NCBI GenBank assembly: GCA_018655015.1
Contig: JABIKK010000009.1
Span: 751-64,750 of the forward strand
Direction of reading: 5' to 3'
Origin: Candidatus Woesearchaeota archaeon
GTDB taxonomy: Archaea; Nanobdellota; Nanobdellia; SCGC-AAA011-G17; UBA489
Length of the DNA stretch: 64,000 bases
Position numbers and translations under genes: made by a program. A model generated the notes under the pieces. The model saw nothing but the letters and a program-made list of their open reading frames with translations. It did not search any database and was not told the origin of the DNA. Position 1 is the first letter of the stretch, and each line of letters opens with the position of its first letter. Shown here one piece after another: positions 58,202 to 64,000 of this stretch.

Positions 58202-60001
58202 ATGTGTGGAATAATTGGTTATATTGGAGAAGAGAATGCAAAATCTATTTTGATAAATGGTTTGAAAAAGTTAGAGTATAGGGGATATGATAGTGCAGGT
58301 ATTAGTGTTGTAAATAATAAATCTTTGATTACATTAAGAAAAAAAGGTAGAATTTCTGAATTAGAAAAATGTGAAGATATTAATGATCTTGAAGGAAATA
58401 GGGGTATTGCTCATACAAGATGGGCAACGCATGGTGCACCGAATGAACTAAATGCTCACCCACATGTGGATTGCAGTGGTAAAATATCTGTAGTTCATAA
58501 TGGAATTATAGAAAATCATAGTGCTTTGAAAAAAGTTTTAGAACAAGAAGGACATAAAATAAAATCAGACACTGATTCCGAAATAATTGTTCACTTAATT
58601 GAAAAGTTCTATTCTGGAAGTTTGGAAGATGCTATGGCTAAAACTGTTAAATGTTTAACAGGAGCATTTGGAATTGCCGCGATTCATTCCGATGAAGATA
58701 ATATAGTTATAGCAAAAAAAGGATCCCCATTAGTTATTGGTATTTCTAATAAAGGTATGTTCGTTGCATCTGATGTTGCAGCAATTCTTGATTATACAAA
58801 AAAAGTAATTTATCTAAATGATAATGAGTTAGCAGTAATAATGAAAGACCATTATGTTGTTAGTGATATTAATGGAGAACAAGTTGATAAAATTGTAGAT
58901 GAAATAACTTGGAGCGTTCAAGAAATAGAAAAAGGCGGATTTGACCATTTTATGTTAAAAGAAATTTATGATCAACCTAAGGCATTGGAAAATTGTTTGA
59001 GAGGTAGAGTAAAAGATGGAAAAATAAAATTAAGTATAGATTTCCCACCTAATGACATAGAGAGAATTGTAATTGTTGCATGTGGGACAAGTTGGCATGC
59101 TGCTTTGGTTGGAAAATATTTATTGGAAAACATAACAAATATCCCTGTTGAAGTGGACTATGCCTCGGAATTTAGGTACAGGAACCCATTAGTTAATGAA
59201 AGAGACGTAGTAATAGTAATATCTCAATCTGGAGAAACTGCGGATAGTTTAGCTGCGATAAAAGAAGCTAAGAAGAAGGGGGCAAAAACTATTGGCATTG
59301 TTAATGTTGTGGGCTCAACAATTACAAGAGAAGTTGATTCTGGAATATATATTCATGCTGGACCAGAAATAGGTGTTGCAAGTACTAAGGCGTTTACATG
59401 TCAAATTGTTGCTCTTGCACTACTTGGCCTTTATCTTAAACAAGAAAGAGGATTGTCTGTCGATCAAAAAATAATTGAAGCACTCTATGAATTACCTGAA
59501 AAAAGTAAAAAAATATTAGAAAGTTCTAAGGAGATTGAAATGATTGCAAAAGAGTTTGTTAATTCAAAGAATTTCTTATTTCTTGGGAGAGGAATTAATT
59601 TCCCAACAGCATTAGAAGGTGCTTTGAAGTTAAAGGAAATATCATACATTCATGCAGAAGGTTATCCTGCTGCTGAAATGAAGCATGGACCAATTGCATT
59701 AATTGATGAAGAAATGCCGGTTTTCTTTGTTGCTACAGATTCTGAGAATTTCAAAAAAATTGTTGGTAATATGGAGGAAGTTAAAACTCGGGGCGGGAAA
59801 ATAATAACATTAACTGATCAGAAAGATGATACGGTTGAAAGTTTATCTGAACATGTGATTTATGTTCCAAAAACTATTGAAATTCTATCTCCCATATTGA
59901 ACACTATACCAACCCAGTTGTTTGCATATCATGTGTCTAACTTAATGGGATTGGATGTGGATAAGCCCAGAAACCTTGCTAAGTCAGTAACTGTCGAGTA
60001 A
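58202..60001 (+). CDS. glmS: Glutamine--fructose-6-phosphate transaminase
   Basis: MCGIIG start, LEYRGYDSAG, HTRWATHG, SQSGETAD, PRNLAKSVTVE. Confidence 0.97.
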   Translation: MCGIIGYIGEENAKSILINGLKKLEYRGYDSAGISVVNNKSLITLRKKGRISELEKCEDINDLEGNRGIAHTRWATHGAPNELNAHPHVDCSGKISVVHNGIIENHSALKKVLEQEGHKIKSDTDSEIIVHLIEKFYSGSLEDAMAKTVKCLTGAFGIAAIHSDEDNIVIAKKGSPLVIGISNKGMFVASDVAAILDYTKKVIYLNDNELAVIMKDHYVVSDINGEQVDKIVDEITWSVQEIEKGGFDHFMLKEIYDQPKALENCLRGRVKDGKIKLSIDFPPNDIERIVIVACGTSWHAALVGKYLLENITNIPVEVDYASEFRYRNPLVNERDVVIVISQSGETADSLAAIKEAKKKGAKTIGIVNVVGSTITREVDSGIYIHAGPEIGVASTKAFTCQIVALALLGLYLKQERGLSVDQKIIEALYELPEKSKKILESSKEIEMIAKEFVNSKNFLFLGRGINFPTALEGALKLKEISYIHAEGYPAAEMKHGPIALIDEEMPVFFVATDSENFKKIVGNMEEVKTRGGKIITLTDQKDDTVESLSEHVIYVPKTIEILSPILNTIPTQLFAYHVSNLMGLDVDKPRNLAKSVTVE

Positions 60002-60056
60002 TAGTGTTTAGCTAAACATATAAAGGGAAAGATCTTTTTGAAGTCTAGGTGAATTT

Positions 60057-61127
60057 ATGAAGAAATTATTAATATTACTTACTTTAACATTATTTGTTGT
60101 GGGTTGTGGAAAAGTGGAAATTGAAAATAGAGAAATTATAGCAGAAGAATATCAGCTAGCTACCTTCGCAGGAGGATGCTTTTGGTGCACGGAATCTGAT
60201 TTTGAGAAAAAAGAAGGAGTTCTAGATGTAGTATCAGGTTTTAGTGGCGGTATTGAAGAAAATCCAACCTATAAGGAAGTTTCATCTGGAACAACTGGAC
60301 ACACCGAAGTAATACAACTTAAGTTTGATCCAACTATTGTATCTTATAGTGAATTATTGGATGTTTTTTGGACTCATGTTGATCCAACTGACTCTGAGGG
60401 TCAATTTGTAGACAGAGGTAAACAGTACAGACCAGCAATATTTTATCACAGTGATGAACAGAAAACATTAGCTGAAGAATCAAAGAAAAAACTAAATGAA
60501 TCTGGAATATTTAAGAACCACATAACTGTTGAGATAACTAAATTTGATAGTTTTTATCCTGCAGAGGAATATCATCAAAATTATTACAAGAAAAATCCAT
60601 TAAGGTATAAGTTTTATAGGGGTAATTCTGGAAGAGACAAATTCTTGAATAATGTTTGGGAAAATAATACTTTTTATGTCTCAGAAACAAAATATGTTAA
60701 ACCCAGTAATGAAGAACTTAAGAATATTTTAACCCCATTACAATATAAAGTTGTAAGGGAAGATGGAACAGAAAGAGCTTTTGAAAATGAGTATTGGGAT
60801 AATAAAGAAGAAGGAATTTATGTGGACATTGTTTCTGGCGAACCTTTGTTCAGCTCAAAAGATAAATTTGTTAGTGGGACTGGATGGCCAAGTTTTACTA
60901 AACCATTAGTGCATGAAAATGTAGTTGAGTTGAAGGATTATAAATGGTTCATACCTAGAACAGAAGTTAGGAGCAAGTATGGGGATTCGCACCTAGGCCA
61001 TATTTTTATGGACGGGCCCGAACCAACTAAACTAAGATATTGTCTAAATTCAGCAGCATTAAGATTTGTTCCAAAGGATATGCTAATAGAAGAAGGCTAT
61101 GAAGAGTACTCAGATTTATTTAACTGA
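60057..61127 (+). CDS. msrAB: Fused methionine sulfoxide reductase MsrA/MsrB, lipoprotein
   Basis: Lipobox VVGC; GGCFWC, AEEYHQ, GWPSF, HLGHIF, RYCLNS. Confidence 0.95.
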   Translation: MKKLLILLTLTLFVVGCGKVEIENREIIAEEYQLATFAGGCFWCTESDFEKKEGVLDVVSGFSGGIEENPTYKEVSSGTTGHTEVIQLKFDPTIVSYSELLDVFWTHVDPTDSEGQFVDRGKQYRPAIFYHSDEQKTLAEESKKKLNESGIFKNHITVEITKFDSFYPAEEYHQNYYKKNPLRYKFYRGNSGRDKFLNNVWENNTFYVSETKYVKPSNEELKNILTPLQYKVVREDGTERAFENEYWDNKEEGIYVDIVSGEPLFSSKDKFVSGTGWPSFTKPLVHENVVELKDYKWFIPRTEVRSKYGDSHLGHIFMDGPEPTKLRYCLNSAALRFVPKDMLIEEGYEEYSDLFN

Positions 61128-61166
61128 ATTATAGAAAGATTAATAATCATAGATCTGAAGGGTTAA

Positions 61167-61895
61167 GTGATGAGATTTAGCGTAATATTACTATTGTTGT
61201 TAATACCTATTGTTTCTGCTGTTGATTTTCCAGTATTGAATGACTTCGTTACAGATCAAGCAGATATAATAAGTCCTGAATATGAGCAACAAATAACTTC
61301 CTTGGCTAAACAAATAGAGCAAGAAACAACTGTTGAAATTGCAGTTGTAACGGTGCAGTCATTGGAAGGACTTTCTAAAGAAGATTATTCTATGCAGTTA
61401 TTTGAGAAATATGGTATTGGTAAAAAAGATGTAGATAATGGTTTGTTAGTATTAGTCTCAATGGATGAAAGAGAATATAGAGTTGAAGTTGGCTATGGTT
61501 TGGAAGGTTTGATCCCAGACGCTTCTAAGGTTACATTAGGAACTAGAATATTAGAACCGAATTTTAAAGAAGGTGAATTTGGTAAAGGGATTTATGAAAT
61601 GTTAATAGCTGTACAAGGGATACTAAATGGTGAGGAAGAAGTTCTTTCTCAATACCGGTCAAGTTATTTACAACAATCTAGAAGTTTCTTCTCATCGTGG
61701 ATTTATTGGTTATTTTTAATAAGTATAATTTCAAGTATATTTAATAAGAAAGGACAAAAAAATAGATTTATGTTTATTCCATTGTTTTTGCCAGGATCTA
61801 GATGGAACGGTGGAAGTGGTGGATTTGGATCTAGTGGATTTGGTGGTTTCGGTGGAGGTCTCGGCGGTGGAGGCGGATTTGGAGGAAACTTTTAA
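61167..61895 (+). CDS. TPM-domain protein
   Basis: VTDQADII, EIAVVTV, GIGKKDVDNGLL, EVGYGLEG; Gly-rich tail. Confidence 0.92.
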   Translation: MMRFSVILLLLLIPIVSAVDFPVLNDFVTDQADIISPEYEQQITSLAKQIEQETTVEIAVVTVQSLEGLSKEDYSMQLFEKYGIGKKDVDNGLLVLVSMDEREYRVEVGYGLEGLIPDASKVTLGTRILEPNFKEGEFGKGIYEMLIAVQGILNGEEEVLSQYRSSYLQQSRSFFSSWIYWLFLISIISSIFNKKGQKNRFMFIPLFLPGSRWNGGSGGFGSSGFGGFGGGLGGGGGFGGNF

Positions 61896-61915
61896 ATTAA
61901 GAGGAGTTAATTAAA

Positions 61916-62551
61916 ATGGAAATGACAAAAGAAATTCAAGAAATATTTGGAGAAAACTTAGTATGTGTTGCTGATTATGGCAAGGGTGATATGCAAGAGG
62001 TTATTGTTTTGAATAAATTAGACTCTCAAGTTTTAAATGATTCTAAAATTCCATTACAAAATTATTTTAAAAAAACTAAGAAGTTTCCATTGTTGTTAAC
62101 TAAAGAAGAATTGACGGATGGGATGGATGTTTTTCCATTGGATTTTTTAAATATTAAATTAAACCATAAAATCTTATTTGGTGAAGATGTTTTTAGTGAT
62201 TTGAAATTTGATAAAAAACATATTAGAAGGCAGTTGGAATTTGAATTTAGATCGAAGTTAATTAATTTGAGACAGAGCTATATGGTTGTTAAATCAAATA
62301 AAGAATTAAAGTTAATTGTTGAGAACTCAATTCCCACATTATTACCTATGTTAAATGGGTTATTGTTCTTGAAAGGAAAAAGTGTTCCAGAAGATATAGA
62401 AGAAATACTGAATATTACTGAAAAAGAGTATGGTATTAATATATCTGCATTAAAGAGAATAAAGGAATCTTCTGATAGGGAAGGGGCTGTAAGAGAGCTA
62501 GTTGATTTATTATCTCAACTTGGTCAAATCTTAGATGGAATGAAAGTATAA
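61916..62551 (+). CDS. Nucleotidyltransferase-like protein associated with LemA/TPM
   Basis: FGENLVCV..YG, DVFPLDF......LFGED, LR.QLE.E-like motif. Confidence 0.7.
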   Translation: MEMTKEIQEIFGENLVCVADYGKGDMQEVIVLNKLDSQVLNDSKIPLQNYFKKTKKFPLLLTKEELTDGMDVFPLDFLNIKLNHKILFGEDVFSDLKFDKKHIRRQLEFEFRSKLINLRQSYMVVKSNKELKLIVENSIPTLLPMLNGLLFLKGKSVPEDIEEILNITEKEYGINISALKRIKESSDREGAVRELVDLLSQLGQILDGMKV

Positions 62552-62585
62552 GAACATTTAAAAATAGCTTAGGGAACAGATTACT

Positions 62586-63185
62586 ATGGCAAAAAAGGGA
62601 ATGAAAACCAGCACTAAGTGGCTGATTGGAATCGGCATTGTTGTTCTAGTTCTAATTCTTTGGTGGGTTGGAATTTACAATAGTTTGATTAGATTAGATG
62701 AAAGTGTTGATACTCAATGGGCTCAAGTAGAAAATCAATTTCAAAGAAGAGCCGATTTAATTCCTAACTTAATTGCAACAGTAGAAGGTGCAAGAGACTT
62801 TGAAGCTGATACTCATGCAGATATTGCAGAATTAAGAACTCAAGCAACTCAAATAAAACAATCTTTAGGTAGTGGATTAAATCCTACTGCGTTAAACGAA
62901 GTTGGTGGACAAATGGACTCGGTTTTAAGCGGATTGAATATTGTTGTTGAGGCATATCCTGATTTGAAAGCAACTGAAAACTTCCTAGCAATGCAATCAC
63001 AATTAGAAGGAACAGAAAATAGAATATCAACCGAAAGGGGAAGATATAATGATGCTGTTAAATCCTTTAATATTAAGATTAAAAGAATACCTAGTAAATG
63101 GGTTGCTAACTCTTTAGGTTATACTGAAAAAGAATTCTTTGAAGCAGATGAAGGTTCAGAAATAGTACCAACTGTTGAATTTTAA
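62586..63185 (+). CDS. lemA: LemA-family protein
   Basis: YNSL...QRRADLIPNL, EAYPDLKA, LEGTENRI..ER.RYN. Confidence 0.93.
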   Translation: MAKKGMKTSTKWLIGIGIVVLVLILWWVGIYNSLIRLDESVDTQWAQVENQFQRRADLIPNLIATVEGARDFEADTHADIAELRTQATQIKQSLGSGLNPTALNEVGGQMDSVLSGLNIVVEAYPDLKATENFLAMQSQLEGTENRISTERGRYNDAVKSFNIKIKRIPSKWVANSLGYTEKEFFEADEGSEIVPTVEF

Positions 63186-64000
63186 CGCCTTCTTCTAGAA
63201 TCAAATCTTCTTGGTCCACGTTGGTGAGTTGCTTGTCTTCTTCTTGGAGCAGAGTGAATAAACTCAACCATATCAAATTCAGGTAATTCTTGTCTTATAA
63301 TTTTTAGACTTGGATTACGTAAAACTTCTTGGAATGCTCTATGATCTTTTTCAGATACTAATGTAATAGCTATACCATCTTCACCAGCACGTGCTGTACG
63401 ACCTATACGATGAGTGTAGTCTTCAGATGTTTTTGGGACATCGTAATTGTATACATGAGTTAGTAATTTAACATCAATACCTCTTGCAGCAATATCACTT
63501 GCAACTAAGACTTTTGTATCCTTACCTTGGAAAGAAGTCATAACTTTTTTTCTCATAGCTTGTGTTAAACCGCCATGAAGTGCTGCTGCATTTACACCGT
63601 TTCTTTTTAGATTACGAGAAACTAAGTCCACTACTCTTCTTGTTGCGCAAAAAACAATTGCATGTGGAGATTTTTCATTTTTTAATAAATGAACTAGTAA
63701 ATGGAAACGTTGACTTGTTGGCAAGTCATAGTAATATTGTTTTAATAATTTAGTATCTACTTGATCTTTTATCTTAACTACCTTAGGTTTGTGCATATGC
63801 CTTTCAATTAATCTTTCAATCATTCTTGGAATAGTTGCACTAAACATTAATGTTTGTCTATTCTTTGGAGTTTTCTTTAAAATGTATCCTACATCTTTTA
63901 TGAACCCCATGTCTAACATACGATCGGCTTCATCTAAAACTGCTGTTTTAACTGTGCTTAAATCTATAACTCTTCTATCCATTAAGTCACAAAGTCTACC
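63182..64000 (-). CDS. DEAD-box RNA helicase (5' part outside window)
   Basis: Frame open to the window end (GRLCDL); DEADRM, SAT, ARGID, HRIGRTARAG. Confidence 0.95.
   Translation of the reverse strand, partial: GRLCDLMDRRVIDLSTVKTAVLDEADRMLDMGFIKDVGYILKKTPKNRQTLMFSATIPRMIERLIERHMHKPKVVKIKDQVDTKLLKQYYYDLPTSQRFHLLVHLLKNEKSPHAIVFCATRRVVDLVSRNLKRNGVNAAALHGGLTQAMRKKVMTSFQGKDTKVLVASDIAARGIDVKLLTHVYNYDVPKTSEDYTHRIGRTARAGEDGIAITLVSEKDHRAFQEVLRNPSLKIIRQELPEFDMVEFIHSAPRRRQATHQRGPRRFDSRRRR

Noticed and set aside
61167-63185. TPM / nucleotidyltransferase-like / LemA trio as a novel system
   Set aside because: LemA-TPM linkage is a widespread, already recognised neighbourhood.

Overview
AT-rich, tightly packed prokaryotic chromosome segment, most likely from a DPANN archaeon (Woesearchaeota/Nanoarchaeota-like). 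This is inferred from an archaeal class I CCA-adding enzyme, an MNT-HEPN fusion, GGTGA/GGAG ribosome-binding sites, an archaeal-looking tRNA-Gly and many orphan genes. From left to right: a radical SAM/kinase/NUDIX/HD operon (cut by the window start); a MacB/FtsX-type ABC system; thiI and pepA; a ~9.6 kb co-oriented copper/redox cluster (CopA, YHS, DUF302, rhodanese, DUF411, Cys-rich proteins, two proteins ending in MVGGC, DsbA, two membrane-anchored HTH proteins); an uncharacterised cluster around lspA; cca, a RelE-type TA pair, truD, DAHP synthase, pyrG and an NSS transporter; a ~12.3 kb integrative element (41264-53539) bounded by an unusual bipartite tRNA-3'-like direct repeat, carrying a tyrosine integrase, an unannotated RHH gene, a Rep-like gene, iteron-like repeats and mostly surface-protein cargo; a free-standing LAGLIDADG gene overlapping tRNA-Gly(GCC); a divergent methyltransferase-like / HhH Fe-S glycosylase pair; glmS, msrAB, TPM-LemA and a truncated DEAD-box helicase. 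I saw no CRISPR array or rRNA. All family assignments come from motif recognition by eye, not from database searches.
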